From the NCBI RefSeq assembly GCF_056712565.1, contig NZ_CM160072.1: a DNA stretch of 64,000 bases; one strand, written 5' to 3'. The position numbers and the translations under genes were made by a program. The stretch's first letter is position 1; every line of letters starts with the position of its first letter. A model generated the notes under the pieces. That model did no database searches, was not told where the DNA came from, and was given only the letters and a program-made list of their open reading frames with translations. Below are positions 1 through 12,555 of this stretch, piece after piece.

Positions 1-397
1 TAAATAACGTCCGATGCTGGTCAGCGTCAGAGATGCGCCATTGATTAGTGCGATAGTGGCATCCAACAAAGCATTTTGTCGGTATTTGTGAAATGGTGCT
101 AAAGCACCGCGGAAAAAATTCTGACATACTTGGCGAGCAGGCATAGAGGAGATCTCATTGAATTGGTTGCACAAGTCAGTAGATCACAAAACTCTATGCC
201 TGTCTTTTTTTACCCGCCCATTACTGGGGATTCCTCAGCGCTCCGGCGGGTTTTTTTTATGGGCACGGTGCGGGGGGAGTTGTCGGATGCGCTTCGCTTA
301 TCCGACCTACAGGGGAGGATATTTTAGGTCCGGTAAACGCGGTGCCATTGGGCAGAATTAGCTCGGAGTAACAGGTTTTGAGTATTTCAGGAAGAAA

Positions 398-416
398 TGG
401 TGGTGGGGGAAGGATT
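398..416 (-). repeat. Partial tRNA-Tyr 3'-end copy (rtT/tpr-type repeat distal to tyrV)
   Basis: 19-nt tggtggtgggggaaggatt is identical to the 3' ends of the two tRNA-Tyr genes at 575-593 and 693-711, then diverges. Confidence 0.5.
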
Positions 417-574
417 ACTCAGCGCTGCGCGCTTCGCCCTACGGGTCGTTGCCTGCGGCAACGCTCTCTCGCTGGCCTCGAGTCGAACCTTGGTCGAAGC
501 TTCTCATCCTTCCCCGCATGGGCAGAATATTTAATTGCGGATTCGTTTGAGAATTCAGGGGCTTTTGTAAGCGA

Positions 575-659
<85 letters not shown>

Positions 660-692
660 AGGGGTAATTCATATTGTAGGTAATGCTTGAGA

Positions 693-777
<85 letters not shown>

Positions 778-827
778 ACGGGGTAATGCTTTTTACTGGC
801 CTGCTCCCTTATCGGGAAGCGGGGCGC

Positions 828-855
828 ATCATATCAAATGACGCGCCGCTGTAAA
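828..855 (-). promoter_or_regulatory. tyrT sigma70 promoter (-35 TTTACA, 16-bp spacer, -10 TATGAT)
   Basis: Minus-strand TTTACA (850-855) and TATGAT (828-833) upstream of tyrT; matches the classical tyrT promoter from memory. Confidence 0.6.
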
Positions 856-936
856 GTGTTACGTTGAGAAAAATGAACTGGTTGCGTGATTTTCATCCGT
901 AACGGATTAAAGCTAACCAGTTATTTTGGCTGACGA

Positions 937-1779
937 TTAAAGAATAATCGTCCGATTACCGTAAACAAAGACGCGCTGCGCCAGTACTTTGTATAGCGCA
1001 CGACTTAAGACGTTTTTCTCGACGTCACGACCTGCGCGCATCATATCTTCAGCTGTGTAGGTATGATCGACATGAATAACGTCCTGCATGATGATTGGGC
1101 CTTCGTCCAGATTGTCATTCACATAGTGAGCGGTTGCGCCAATAATCTTCACGCCACGCTCATAGGCCTGGTGATAAGGACGTGCGCCGATAAACGCTGG
1201 CAGGAATGAATGGTGAATATTGATGATCTTATTCGGGAAGCGTGCCACAAATTCCGGCGTTAATACCCGCATATACTTCGCCAGCACCACATAGTCAGGT
1301 TGATAAGCATCAATGGCATCCGCCATCTTTTGATCGTGCTCGTTGCGGCTTAACCCTTCATGGCTTACCAGCTCAAACGGAATATCAAACCGCTCAACCA
1401 GAGAACGTAAAGTATCGTGGTTACCAATAACTGCCGCGATTTCGACATCCAGGCCGCCGTAATTGGCTTTCATCAACAAATCGCCAAGGCAATGCGCTTC
1501 TTTAGTGACCAGAATTACTATCCGGCGACGACCGGCAGGATTCAGCTCACGCACGGAGCCTTCTGGCAATGCGCTATCGAGATCCGCCAGCAGGGTGGAA
1601 TCATTAAAAATCCCTTCCAGTTCCGTGCGCATAAAAAAGCGCCCGGTACGATGATCTACAAATTCATTGTTCTGCACGATATTTAACTCGTGCTTGTAGC
1701 AAATATTGGTAATACGTGCGATCAGACCTTTTTGGTCCGGACAAATAGTACGCAGAACTTTACGTTGGAGTGAATGCAT
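937..1779 (-). CDS. purU: Formyltetrahydrofolate deformylase
   Basis: 280-aa ORF with formyl-transferase fold and ACT-like N-terminus; K-12 synteny next to the tyrT operon. Confidence 0.93.
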   Translation of the reverse strand: MHSLQRKVLRTICPDQKGLIARITNICYKHELNIVQNNEFVDHRTGRFFMRTELEGIFNDSTLLADLDSALPEGSVRELNPAGRRRIVILVTKEAHCLGDLLMKANYGGLDVEIAAVIGNHDTLRSLVERFDIPFELVSHEGLSRNEHDQKMADAIDAYQPDYVVLAKYMRVLTPEFVARFPNKIINIHHSFLPAFIGARPYHQAYERGVKIIGATAHYVNDNLDEGPIIMQDVIHVDHTYTAEDMMRAGRDVEKNVLSRALYKVLAQRVFVYGNRTIIL

Positions 1780-1828
1780 TGCTGGAAAAACCTTGTTGAG
1801 AGTGTTTGCTAAACCGTACCGTCAACCA

Positions 1829-2287
1829 TTATTGGCCGCAGCACTTTTTAAATTTTTTACCTGAACCACAAGGGCAGGGATCGTTGCGGCCAAACTGCGG
1901 ACGTGTACCGTCAATATAGTACCATTGACCGTTTTCTTTCAAAAATCGCGAACGTTCAATTATTGCACCTGTTTTGCCACCCTCGGTAAATCGAGCAACA
2001 AAACTGACAAATCCGATATTGCCGCCGTCCTGCCAGCAATGTTCAAATACGGTCAATCCCAACCATTCAGTATGCGCAAATCCGGCAATCAATTCGGCTC
2101 GTAACGCCGCTGCTCCACAAGATGGATGCCAGGTCTTTATTAAATAATCTGCGTCTTGCATCACAAAAGCGCAGTAACGCGAACGCATGAGATGTTCTGG
2201 ATCAGGTGCAACCTTTTCACCAGACACATAAGGGTGGCAACATAGGCTATACTCGACAGTACTACCACAGGGACAAAGCTGAGACAC
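1829..2287 (-). CDS. ychJ: UPF0225 protein YchJ (SEC-C metal-binding motifs)
   Basis: Two CPCGSx Cys motifs at N- and C-termini; GTG start at 2287 gives 152 aa (the track ORF extends to 2308). Confidence 0.85.
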   Translation of the reverse strand: MSQLCPCGSTVEYSLCCHPYVSGEKVAPDPEHLMRSRYCAFVMQDADYLIKTWHPSCGAAALRAELIAGFAHTEWLGLTVFEHCWQDGGNIGFVSFVARFTEGGKTGAIIERSRFLKENGQWYYIDGTRPQFGRNDPCPCGSGKKFKKCCGQ

Positions 2288-2399
2288 AAATAATCTCCCT
2301 GGAAACAATAACGGCGTATTAACCGCCTGAGTAGCACTATGTTAACCGAGCAGTAGCGATGTGGCTACGATTGCATTCCAGGGGAATCTTGCGGGAATA

Positions 2400-3305
2400 A
2401 TGAGAAAGATAAAAATAGGGCTGGCGCTGGGATCTGGCGCGGCAAGAGGTTGGTCGCATATTGGCGTAATTAATGCGCTAAAAAAAGTGGGTATTGAAAT
2501 TGATATCGTTGCAGGATGTTCAATTGGTTCGCTGGTGGGCGCTGCCTATGCATGCGATCGATTATCTGCGCTGGAAGATTGGGTGACCTCTTTCAGTTAT
2601 TGGGATGTTTTACGCCTGATGGATCTCTCCTGGCAGCGCGGTGGGTTACTGCGCGGCGAGCGTGTCTTCAATCAATATCGCGAAATAATGCCGGAAACAG
2701 AGATCGAAAATTGTTCCCGTCGCTTCGCGGCTGTTGCCACCAATTTAAGTACTGGGCGTGAATTATGGTTTACTGAAGGCGATCTCCATCTTGCTATTCG
2801 TGCATCATGCAGTATTCCAGGACTAATGGCACCCGTTGCGCATAACGGCTACTGGCTGGTTGATGGCGCTGTAGTTAACCCAATTCCTATTTCCCTCACG
2901 CGTGCATTGGGGGCTGATATTGTGATAGCGGTCGACCTGCAGCACGATGCTCATTTGATGCAACAAGATTTGCTCTCCTTTAATGTCAGTGAAGAAAATA
3001 GCGAGAATGGTGATTCTCTGCCGTGGCATGCGCGTCTGAAAGAAAGGTTAGGCAGCATAACGACACGTCGGGCGGTGACAGCGCCAACGGCAACAGAGAT
3101 TATGACCACTTCTATCCAGGTGCTGGAGAACCGCCTTAAAAGGAACCGCATGGCAGGTGATCCGCCCGATATTCTGATTCAACCTGTTTGCCCGCAAATA
3201 TCTACGCTTGATTTCCATCGCGCGCACGCTGCCATTGCGGCCGGGCAGCTGGCAGTGGAAAAGAAAATGGACGAACTTTTGCCGTTGGTACGCACCAACA
3301 TTTGA
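2400..3305 (+). CDS. rssA: Patatin-like phospholipase RssA
   Basis: 301 aa from MRKIKIGLALGSGAARG with GxSxG (GCSIG) and DGA motifs; the track ORF starts 13 codons earlier. Confidence 0.9.
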   Translation: MRKIKIGLALGSGAARGWSHIGVINALKKVGIEIDIVAGCSIGSLVGAAYACDRLSALEDWVTSFSYWDVLRLMDLSWQRGGLLRGERVFNQYREIMPETEIENCSRRFAAVATNLSTGRELWFTEGDLHLAIRASCSIPGLMAPVAHNGYWLVDGAVVNPIPISLTRALGADIVIAVDLQHDAHLMQQDLLSFNVSEENSENGDSLPWHARLKERLGSITTRRAVTAPTATEIMTTSIQVLENRLKRNRMAGDPPDILIQPVCPQISTLDFHRAHAAIAAGQLAVEKKMDELLPLVRTNI

Positions 3306-3396
3306 CCAGAATTTTTATCTACACTTAAGTTAATTCTGACAGGCGCAGGTGGCAATAGCATGCCACTATTGAGTAAAGCCAGTCAGGGGAGAGAAC

Positions 3397-4410
3397 ATGA
3401 CGCAGCCATTGGTCGGAAAACAGATTCTCATTGTTGAAGATGAGCAGGTATTTCGCTCGCTTCTGGATTCGTGGTTTTCCTCATTGGGAGCGACAACGGT
3501 ACTGGCGGCTGATGGGGTGGATGCCCTTGAGTTGCTGGGAGGTTTCACTCCAGACCTGATGATATGTGATATCGCGATGCCACGAATGAACGGGCTTAAA
3601 CTGCTGGAACATATACGCAACAGTGGTGACCAGACACCGGTTCTGGTGATATCTGCCACTGAAAATATGGCAGATATTGCCAAAGCGTTACGTCTGGGCG
3701 TTGAAGATGTTTTGCTGAAACCGGTTAAAGATCTGAATCGCTTGCGCGAGATGGTTTTTGCCTGTCTCTATCCCAGCATGTTTAATTCCCGCGTTGAGGA
3801 AGAGGAAAGGCTTTTTCGCGACTGGGATGCAATGGTTGATAACCCTGCTGCAGCGGCGAAATTATTACAGGAACTACAACCGCCAGTTCAGCAGGTGATT
3901 TCCCAATGCCGGGTTAATTATCGTCAATTAGTTGCCGCGGACAAACCCGGCCTGGTGCTTGATATTGCCGCACTTTCGGAAAACGATCTGGCATTTTATT
4001 GCCTTGATGTCACCCGAGCTGGACATAATGGCGTACTTGCTGCCTTGTTATTACGCGCATTGTTTAACGGATTATTACAGGAACAGCTTGCACACCAAAA
4101 TCAACGGTTGCCAGAGTTGGGCGCGTTATTGAAGCAGGTAAACCATTTACTCCGTCAGGCCAATCTGCCGGGGCAGTTTCCGCTATTAGTTGGCTATTAT
4201 CATCGCGAACTGAAAAATCTCATTCTGGTTTCTGCGGGTCTGAATGCGACGTTAAATACCGGCGAACATCAGGTGCAAATCAGTAATGGTGTTCCGTTAG
4301 GCACTTTAGGTAACGCTTATTTGAATCAATTGAGCCAGCGATGCGATGCCTGGCAATGCCAAATATGGGGAACCGGTGGTCGGCTGCGCTTGATGTTGTC
4401 TGCAGAATGA
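3397..4410 (+). CDS. rssB: Response-regulator adaptor RssB (targets RpoS to ClpXP)
   Basis: 337 aa, N-terminal receiver domain (ILIVEDE...D) plus PP2C-like C-terminus; K-12 synteny. Confidence 0.92.
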   Translation: MTQPLVGKQILIVEDEQVFRSLLDSWFSSLGATTVLAADGVDALELLGGFTPDLMICDIAMPRMNGLKLLEHIRNSGDQTPVLVISATENMADIAKALRLGVEDVLLKPVKDLNRLREMVFACLYPSMFNSRVEEEERLFRDWDAMVDNPAAAAKLLQELQPPVQQVISQCRVNYRQLVAADKPGLVLDIAALSENDLAFYCLDVTRAGHNGVLAALLLRALFNGLLQEQLAHQNQRLPELGALLKQVNHLLRQANLPGQFPLLVGYYHRELKNLILVSAGLNATLNTGEHQVQISNGVPLGTLGNAYLNQLSQRCDAWQCQIWGTGGRLRLMLSAE

Positions 4411-4611
4411 GCAAACGATAACACGGGCTAAATTTGCATTACCTGCTAATGTCGGCTGGTGGTACTATCGTCGCTATTCGTATAAGTAATTGTCTTAATT
4501 ATGCTAACTCGCCTCCTTTTCAGAACTTAGCCCCTTCGGGGTGCTGATATACTGGGATGCGATACAGAAATATGAACACGTTCAAAACACGAACAGTCCA
4601 GGAGAATTTAA

Positions 4612-5520
4612 ATGGCTGCCATTAATACGAAAGTCAAAAAAGCCGTTATCCCCGTAGCGGGATTAGGAACCAGGATGTTGCCGGCGACGAAAGCCATCCC
4701 GAAAGAGATGCTGCCACTTGTCGATAAGCCATTAATTCAATACGTCGTGAATGAATGTATTGCGGCTGGCATTACTGAAATTGTGCTGGTTACTCACTCA
4801 TCTAAAAACTCTATTGAAAACCACTTTGATACCAGTTTTGAACTGGAAGCAATGCTGGAAAAACGTGTAAAACGTCAACTGCTTGATGAAGTGCAGTCTA
4901 TTTGTCCGCCACACGTGACTATTATGCAAGTTCGTCAGGGGCTGGCGAAAGGCCTGGGACACGCGGTATTGTGTGCTCACCCGGTAGTGGGTGATGAACC
5001 GGTAGCTGTTATTTTGCCTGACGTTATTCTGGATGAATATGAATCCGATTTATCACAGGATAACCTGGCAGAGATGATCCGCCGCTTTGATGAAACGGGT
5101 CATAGCCAGATCATGGTTGAACCGGTTGCTGATGTGACCGCATATGGCGTTGTGGATTGCAAAGGCGTTGAATTAGCGCCGGGTGAAAGCGTACCGATGG
5201 TTGGCGTGGTTGAAAAACCAAAAGCGGATGTTGCGCCGTCTAATCTCGCTATTGTGGGTCGTTACGTACTTAGCGCGGATATTTGGCCGTTGCTGGCAAA
5301 AACCCCTCCTGGAGCTGGTGATGAAATTCAGCTCACTGACGCAATTGATATGCTGATCGAAAAAGAAACGGTTGAAGCCTATCATATGAAAGGGAAGAGC
5401 CATGACTGCGGTAATAAATTAGGTTACATGCAGGCCTTCGTTGAATACGGTATTCGTCATAACACCCTTGGCACGGAATTTAAAGCCTGGCTTGAAGAAG
5501 AGATGGGCATTAAGAAGTAA
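4612..5520 (+). CDS. galU: UTP-glucose-1-phosphate uridylyltransferase
   Basis: 302 aa with the [19 protein letters not shown] nucleotidyltransferase signature. Confidence 0.95.
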
Positions 5521-5544
5521 CATCCGTATCGGTGTTTTCCACGA

Positions 5545-5576
5545 AACGGCGTTGAGCAATCGACGCCGTTTTTTTA
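5545..5576 (+). terminator. Rho-independent terminator of galU
   Basis: Hairpin aacggcg...cgccgtt followed by a T6 run. Confidence 0.7.
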
Positions 5577-5611
5577 TAGCTTATTCTTATTATATTGTCT
5601 TAAACCGGACA

Positions 5612-5642
5612 ATAAAAAATCCCGCCGATGGCGGGATTTTTA
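5612..5642. terminator. Bidirectional hairpin terminator (hns side)
   Basis: Palindrome atcccgcc-gatg-gcgggat flanked by an A-run on the left and a T-run on the right. Confidence 0.7.
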
Positions 5643-5663
5643 GCATGTGCAATCTACAAAAGA

Positions 5664-6077
5664 TTATTGCTTGATCAGGAAATCGTCGAGGGATTTACCT
5701 TGCTCATCCATTGCTTTTTTGATTACAGCTGGAGTACGGCCCTGGCCAGTCCAGGTTTTAGTTTCGCCGTTTTCGTCAACGTAGCTATATTTTGCCGGAC
5801 GCTGAGCACGCTTAGCTTTGGTGCCAGATTTAACGGCAGCAAGGCTATTCAGCAGTTCGTTCGGGTCAATACCGTCAGCGATCAGCATTTCGCGATATTG
5901 CTGCAGTTTACGAGTGCGCTCTTCAACTTCAGCAGCAGCCGCGCTTTCTTCTTCGCGACGTTCGTTAACAACAACTTCTAATTTTTCCAGCATTTCTTCC
6001 AGCGTTTCAAGTGTACATTCTCTTGCCTGCGCACGAAGAGTACGGATGTTGTTCAGAATTTTAAGTGCTTCGCTCAT
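5664..6077 (-). CDS. hns: Nucleoid protein H-NS
   Basis: 137 aa [20 protein letters not shown]...[25 protein letters not shown]. Confidence 0.97.
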
Positions 6078-6680
6078 TGTAGTAATCTCAAACTTATATT
6101 GGGGTGGTTTGTTGAGGTAATAATAGAGCCTTAAATTCAGTTGTGCAATAGCCAGGAATGTAAGGAATTCAAAATTGTTCTTTATTTTGTGCCGCCAATA
6201 AATATCTTTTCATAAAATTAGCCAGAAAAGACGCGGCATATAGCCCTATTTGCACCGATGATTTCGCAGCACGTGAGGTTAAAACTTCCTGATTCATGTC
6301 ACATTTTATGGGGAGATAATCGTAGGCTGACGACCTTTCAGTCTTCTGTATTAGCCGTGTTTACGAGAATTCCCTATTAAGCGAATGATGAAAAGTAGAA
6401 CAGTCGCAATAAGAGCAGGGACTTAGTATTGCACTATCTCCTGGAGGTCAACAGAGGGCTATTACATGCGCAACAGGTTAAAGATTGTGAATAGTTACCG
6501 GCAGTCATTTACCCGCTTATAACAAGCGAGGCAGTTGTAATGATAGCTCAGAAGGATTATGCAAGGCTTCGTAAGGGAGAACGCATATACCACTTCTGTG
6601 CATACTGTTGAGCTGAAAAACTGACGAATTATGATAAACTCCAGCCAACTTTATTTCATATCATTGAGGGCCTGTGGCTG

Positions 6681-7298
6681 ATGGCACAGCTATATTTCTA
6701 CTATTCCGCAATGAATGCGGGTAAGTCTACAGCATTGTTGCAATCTTCATACAATTACCAGGAACGCGGCATGCGCACTGTCGTATATACGGCAGAAATT
6801 GATGATCGCTTTGGTGCCGGGAAAGTCAGTTCGCGTATAGGTTTGTCATCACCTGCAAAATTATTTAACCAAAATTCATCATTATTTGATGAGATTCGTG
6901 CGGAACATGAACAGCAGGCAATTCATTGCGTACTGGTTGATGAATGCCAGTTTTTAACCAGACAACAAGTATATGAATTATCGGAGGTTGTCGATCAACT
7001 CGATATACCCGTACTTTGTTATGGTTTACGTACCGATTTTCGAGGTGAATTATTTATTGGCAGTCAATACTTACTGGCATGGTCCGACAAACTGGTTGAA
7101 TTAAAAACCATCTGTTTTTGTGGCCGTAAAGCAAGCATGGTGCTGCGTCTTGATCAAGCAGGCAGACCTTATAACGAAGGTGAGCAGGTGGTTATTGGTG
7201 GTAATGAACGCTACGTTTCTGTATGCCGTAAACACTATAAAGAAGCGTTAGAAGTCGGCTCATTAACGGCTATTCAGGAAAGGCATCGCCACGATTAA
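6681..7298 (+). CDS. tdk: Thymidine kinase
   Basis: 205 aa with P-loop (SAMNAGKST) and C-terminal Zn-ribbon cysteines. Confidence 0.95.
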
Positions 7299-7424
7299 TA
7301 AGAATTTCTTTACTGACAGGGTGAGCAGGGCGCTTTTATCCTGTCAGTTCGTTTTACGCACTTCTTCCGGGCTATACACCCTTCTCGGCAGTTTTTTAAC
7401 GCCGCTATACGCCTCACAGAGCGC

Positions 7425-8630
7425 TTATACACCGACATTGACTTGTAACCTGTAAAGTACAATATCGCTGTGTGTAGGCGTTATACATCGTCGCAAATAT
7501 GATGAAGGACAATGCTGCCGGTTTATGGAAAAGTTGTTTTGGGAAAACAAAAAACGGCCCCAGAAGGGGTAATGCCAGTCAGTTAAGCAACTGACTGGCT
7601 CTTTTTCGGGGCTGTGGGGTATTTCCAGGGCCTCTCCTTTACCACTCTCGGGAAGGCCCTTTCCCTTCTTGTCGGTAATTTCACTGGTTGTCCCATACTT
7701 GCAAGATCGCGCATCAGCTCCGGTATACGTCCCGGTGAAGCGTATGGCGTCCGTCATCGACGTCAGCAGATGGCAGACTTTTCCTTTGCGCGTCACGGTC
7801 AGCAGGCGGGCTGTCACCTCATTTCCCAGTCCCGGCCACTTTTTTCGTGCCTGCGGGCTGATGTTCAGCTTCACCAGATGATCGCCTTTACCCAGTTTTC
7901 TGATCTCTTCATATTGCGCTCCCTTTCTGAGAGGGATCATCCAGTGGCGGTGTTCTCCCGCCAGGCTCCAGGCATTTAACAGTCCTGGTGAGTAATAACC
8001 TTTATCCATTAACGTCAGAGTGTTATCGCCGGTTTGTTCTATAAGTTGCTCAGCAAGCTCATTTTCGCTGTTCTTCATCGTGCCGAAGGCTGCAGTCGTC
8101 AGCAGATGGCTGGTCAGTTCCATCTGGCAGACCATTTTGACCTGCGGGTAGAGCGCCGGGTTCCCGGCATGTGTCTGGCGGGGGAAGGCTGCATCGTTCT
8201 CTGGTGTATCCGGTGTGCGCCAGAACACACCATCGATGGCCAGCAGGGTCAGGCCGCACCAGTGCGGATGCGGCGTGGCGTTATGCCAGAGCTGCGCTGT
8301 TTTCGTGAACACGCGGCGGACAGCCTCAATTCCCAGACGCTGGCGGGTCTGAATAACGGCACTGGGGGCAACGAAGGGGCGATTGCCCGGCAGCATGATG
8401 TCCAGGCGATTCACAATCTGGTGAAGAGGTTCTTTACGCTCAAGCGCCATGCCAACAATACACCAGACCATCATTTCGAGGGGAAGACGGCGCTTGCGTA
8501 GCGTTACAGTACCTGATTCGGCAAGGCAACGAGAGATGAGTTTGGGGGCGAGGTAATCCCCCAGAGAAGTCAGTGGGTTACGCAGAGAATCGTAACGGGA
8601 TACCAAATCAAGGGCCTGCCCAATGAGCAT
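7425..8630 (-). pseudogene. IS4-family transposase (InsG-like), C-terminally divergent and reading through the IS end
   Basis: N-terminus [27 protein letters not shown]... matches IS4 transposase from memory; the last ~40 codons cross the left IR into flanking DNA; same locus as the K-12 transposase pseudogene between tdk and adhE. Confidence 0.65.
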
Positions 8631-8714
8631 ACAAAAATCCGGAAACGAGTGAGCGTTTCCGGATTCTTACACAGCCACTGGATCGGTCAACTGATCCTTA
8701 ACTGACTGGCATTA
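7569..8714 (-). mobile_element. IS4-like insertion remnant (~1.15 kb) with 12-bp target duplication
   Basis: Inverted ends TAATGCCAGTCAGTTAAG at 7569 and 8714; direct repeat ccccagaagggg at 7557-7568 and 8715-8726; inserted into the palindrome aaacggcccc-agaa-ggggccgttt. Confidence 0.7.
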
Positions 8715-8755
8715 CCCCAGAAGGGGCCGTTTATGTTGCCAGACAGCGCTACTGA

Positions 8756-11431
8756 TTAAGCGGATTTTTTCGCTTTTTTCTCAGCTTTAGCCGGAGCGGC
8801 TTCTTTCTTCGCTGCAGTTTCGCCTTCTACATAATCACGACCGTAGTAAGTATCCAGCAGAATCTGTTTCAGCTCGGAGATCAGCGGGTAACGCGGGTTA
8901 GCGCCGGTGCACTGGTCATCGAATGCATCTTCAGACAGTTTATCCACGTTCGCCAGGAAGTCTGCTTCCTGAACGCCAGCTTCACGGATAGATTTCGGAA
9001 TACCCAGTTCAGCTTTCAGCGTTTCCAGCCATGCCAGCAGTTTCTCGATCTTAGCTGCAGTACGGTCGCCCGGTGCGCTCAGACCCAGGTGGTCGGCAAT
9101 TTCAGCATAACGACGGCGAGCCTGCGGACGGTCATACTGGCTGAATGCAGTCTGCTTGGTCGGGTTGTCATTCGCGTTGTAGCGAATAACGTTACAAATC
9201 AGCAGGGCGTTTGCCAGACCGTGCGGAATATGGAACTGGGAACCCAGTTTGTGCGCCATTGAGTGACATACACCCAGGAAGGCGTTCGCAAACGCGATAC
9301 CCGCGATAGTCGCTGCACTGTGAACACGTTCACGCGCTACCGGATTTTTAGACCCTTCGTGGTAGGACGCTGGCAGATATTCTTTCAGTAGTTTCAGTGC
9401 CTGCAGAGCCTGACCATCAGAGAACTCAGATGCCAGTACAGAAACATAAGCTTCCATGGCGTGAGTTACTGCGTCCAGACCACCGAAAGCACACAGGGAC
9501 TTCGGCATGTCCATAACAAGGTTGGCGTCGACAATCGCCATATCCGGGGTCAGTGCATAGTCTGCCAGCGGATATTTCTGACCAGTAGTGTCGTCAGTTA
9601 CAACCGCAAACGGAGTGACTTCAGAACCTGTACCAGAAGTGGTGGTGACAGCGATCATTTTCGCTTTCACACCCATTTTCGGGAACTTGTAGATACGTTT
9701 ACGGATATCCATAAAGCGCAGCGCCAGTTCTTCGAAGTGAGTTTCCGGATGTTCGTACATAACCCACATGATCTTCGCAGCGTCCATCGGGGAACCACCA
9801 CCCAGCGCGATAATCACGTCTGGTTTGAAGGAGTTTGCCAGTTCTGCACCTTTACGAACGATGCTCAGGGTCGGGTCAGCTTCTACTTCGAAGAAGACTT
9901 CAGTTTCAACGCCTGCTGCTTTCAATACGGAAGTGATCTGATCAGCATAGCCATTGTTGAACAGGAAGCGGTCAGTCACGATGAGCGCACGTTTGTGGCC
10001 ATCAGTAATCACTTCATCCAGCGCGATTGGCAGGGAGCCACGGCGGAAGTAGATAGATTTCGGAAGTTTGTGCCACAACATGTTTTCAGCTCGCTTAGCA
10101 ACGGTTTTCTTGTTGATCAGGTGTTTCGGACCAACGTTTTCAGAGATGGAGTTACCACCCCAGGAACCACAACCCAGAGTCAGGGAAGGTGCGAGTTTGA
10201 AGTTATACAGGTCACCGATACCACCCTGAGAAGCCGGGGTGTTAATCAGGATACGAGCCGTTTTCATTTTCTGACCGAAGTAAGAAACGCGAGCCGGTTG
10301 GTTATCCTGGTCAGTGTACAGGCAAGAGGTATGACCGATACCGCCCATAGCAACCAGTTTCTCTGCTTTTTCTACCGCGTCTTCGAAATCTTTAGCACGG
10401 TACATTGCCAGAGTCGGGGACAGTTTTTCATGTGCGAACGGTTCGCTTTCATCAACAACGGTCACTTCACCGATCAGAATCTTGGTGTTTTCTGGTACAG
10501 AGAAGCCTGCCAGTTCAGCAATTTTATAGGCTGGCTGACCAACGATAGCCGCGTTCAGCGCACCGTTTTTCAGGATAACGTCCTGAACAGCTTTCAGCTC
10601 TTTACCCTGCAACAGATAGCCGCCGTGGGTTGCGAAACGTTCACGTACTGCGTCATAAACAGAGTCAACAACAACAACAGACTGTTCAGAAGCACAGATT
10701 ACACCGTTGTCGAAGGTTTTGGACATCAGTACAGATGCAACTGCACGTTTGATATCAGCAGTTTCATCGATAACAACCGGAGTGTTGCCCGCGCCTACGC
10801 CGATAGCTGGTTTACCGGAGCTGTATGCGGCTTTAACCATGCCCGGACCACCAGTCGCGAGGATCAGGTTGATGTCTGGGTGGTGCATCAGTGCGTTAGA
10901 CAGCTCAACAGAAGGTTGATCGATCCAGCCGATCAGATCTTTCGGAGCACCGGCAGCGATAGCAGCCTGTAGAACGATATCAGCCGCTTTGTTGGTTGCA
11001 TCTTTTGCACGCGGGTGCGGGGAGAAGATAATGGCGTTACGGGTCTTCAGGCTGATCAGCGATTTGAAGATAGCAGTTGAAGTCGGGTTAGTGGTCGGAA
11101 CGATACCGCAAATAATACCGATGGGTTCAGCGATAGTGATGGTACCAAAAGTGTCGTCTTCAGACAGAACACCACAGGTTTTTTCATCTTTATAGGCGTT
11201 GTAAATATATTCAGAAGCAAAGTGGTTTTTGATCACTTTATCTTCGACGATACCCATGCCGGATTCGGCAACGGCCATTTTCGCGAGTGGGATTCGAGCA
11301 TCTGCAGCAGCCAGAGCGGCGGCGCGGAAGATTTTGTCTACTTGCTCTTGAGTGAAACTGGCATATTCACGCTGGGCTTTTTTTACACGCTCTACGAGTG
11401 CGTTAAGTTCAGCGACATTAGTAACAGCCAT
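8756..11431 (-). CDS. adhE: Bifunctional acetaldehyde-CoA/alcohol dehydrogenase
   Basis: 891 aa with N-terminal aldehyde dehydrogenase and C-terminal Fe-ADH domains, lysine-rich tail. Confidence 0.97.
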   Translation of the reverse strand: MAVTNVAELNALVERVKKAQREYASFTQEQVDKIFRAAALAAADARIPLAKMAVAESGMGIVEDKVIKNHFASEYIYNAYKDEKTCGVLSEDDTFGTITIAEPIGIICGIVPTTNPTSTAIFKSLISLKTRNAIIFSPHPRAKDATNKAADIVLQAAIAAGAPKDLIGWIDQPSVELSNALMHHPDINLILATGGPGMVKAAYSSGKPAIGVGAGNTPVVIDETADIKRAVASVLMSKTFDNGVICASEQSVVVVDSVYDAVRERFATHGGYLLQGKELKAVQDVILKNGALNAAIVGQPAYKIAELAGFSVPENTKILIGEVTVVDESEPFAHEKLSPTLAMYRAKDFEDAVEKAEKLVAMGGIGHTSCLYTDQDNQPARVSYFGQKMKTARILINTPASQGGIGDLYNFKLAPSLTLGCGSWGGNSISENVGPKHLINKKTVAKRAENMLWHKLPKSIYFRRGSLPIALDEVITDGHKRALIVTDRFLFNNGYADQITSVLKAAGVETEVFFEVEADPTLSIVRKGAELANSFKPDVIIALGGGSPMDAAKIMWVMYEHPETHFEELALRFMDIRKRIYKFPKMGVKAKMIAVTTTSGTGSEVTPFAVVTDDTTGQKYPLADYALTPDMAIVDANLVMDMPKSLCAFGGLDAVTHAMEAYVSVLASEFSDGQALQALKLLKEYLPASYHEGSKNPVARERVHSAATIAGIAFANAFLGVCHSMAHKLGSQFHIPHGLANALLICNVIRYNANDNPTKQTAFSQYDRPQARRRYAEIADHLGLSAPGDRTAAKIEKLLAWLETLKAELGIPKSIREAGVQEADFLANVDKLSEDAFDDQCTGANPRYPLISELKQILLDTYYGRDYVEGETAAKKEAAPAKAEKKAKKSA

Positions 11432-11907
11432 AATGCTCTCCTGATAATGTTAAACTTTTTTAGTAAATCATCTGCTCGAATACGAGAGTATAGTCAGTGC
11501 GGTGATGATTTGCTTAACCGATGGAAATCAAAAGCTTACTCGCGCTCACACTCACTGTGATTTACTAAAAGAGTTTAAACATTAGAGTTATTATCTCTAA
11601 TGCGTCACTTCCAGGTGGCGTAAGCAAGATTACTCACTTCTGGGTACTGATTACGTGATCCAAATCAAAATTTTGCAAAGCTGACACCTTTCAGCATGGC
11701 TTTTCGCCATTATAGCTAACAGTTAATAAATTGTAGTATGATTTGTTGGCTACATTAGCATGTTTTGCACAACTAGGTAACAATAACGAATGATAGCAAT
11801 TTTAAGTAGTTAGGAGGTGAAAAATGCTGTCAAAAGGCGTATTGTCAGCGCGTCTTTTCAACCTTATTTATGGCTAACATTATCCGGCTTTTGCTTCGGA
11901 GCTAACC

Positions 11908-12555
11908 GTGATTCAGACCCTTTTTGATTTTCCCGTTTACTTCAAATTTTTCATCGGGTTATTTGCGCTGGTCAACCCGGTAGGGATTATTCCCGTCTTT
12001 ATCAGCATGACCAGTTATCAGACAGCGGCAGCGCGAAACAAAACTAACCTTACAGCCAACCTGTCTGTGGCCATTATCTTGTGGATCTCGCTTTTTCTCG
12101 GCGACACGATTCTACAACTTTTTGGTATATCAATTGATTCATTCCGTATCGCCGGTGGCATCCTGGTGGTGACAATAGCGATGTCGATGATCAGCGGCAA
12201 GCTTGGTGAGGATAAACAGAACAAGCAAGAAAAATCAGAAACCGCGGTACGTGAAAGCATTGGTGTGGTGCCATTGGCGTTGCCGTTGATGGCGGGGCCA
12301 GGGGCGATCAGTTCTACCATCGTCTGGGGTACGCGTTATCACAGCATTAGCTATCTGTTTGGTTTCTTTGTGGCTATTGCATTGTTCGCTTTATGTTGCT
12401 GGGGATTGTTCCGCATGGCACCGTGGCTGGTACGAGTTTTACGCCAGACCGGCATCAACGTGATTACGCGTATTATGGGGCTATTGCTGATGGCGTTGGG
12501 GATTGAATTTATCGTTACTGGTATTAAGGGGATTTTCCCCGGCCTGCTTAATTAA
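11908..12555 (+). CDS. ychE: MarC-family inner membrane protein
   Basis: 215 aa multi-TM protein with GTG start; K-12 synteny. Confidence 0.85.
   Translation: MIQTLFDFPVYFKFFIGLFALVNPVGIIPVFISMTSYQTAAARNKTNLTANLSVAIILWISLFLGDTILQLFGISIDSFRIAGGILVVTIAMSMISGKLGEDKQNKQEKSETAVRESIGVVPLALPLMAGPGAISSTIVWGTRYHSISYLFGFFVAIALFALCCWGLFRMAPWLVRVLRQTGINVITRIMGLLLMALGIEFIVTGIKGIFPGLLN

Noticed and set aside
9461-10972. 503-aa plus-strand ORF inside adhE
   Set aside because: Antisense to the well-supported adhE CDS; low-complexity, Cys/Phe-rich translation typical of a shadow frame.
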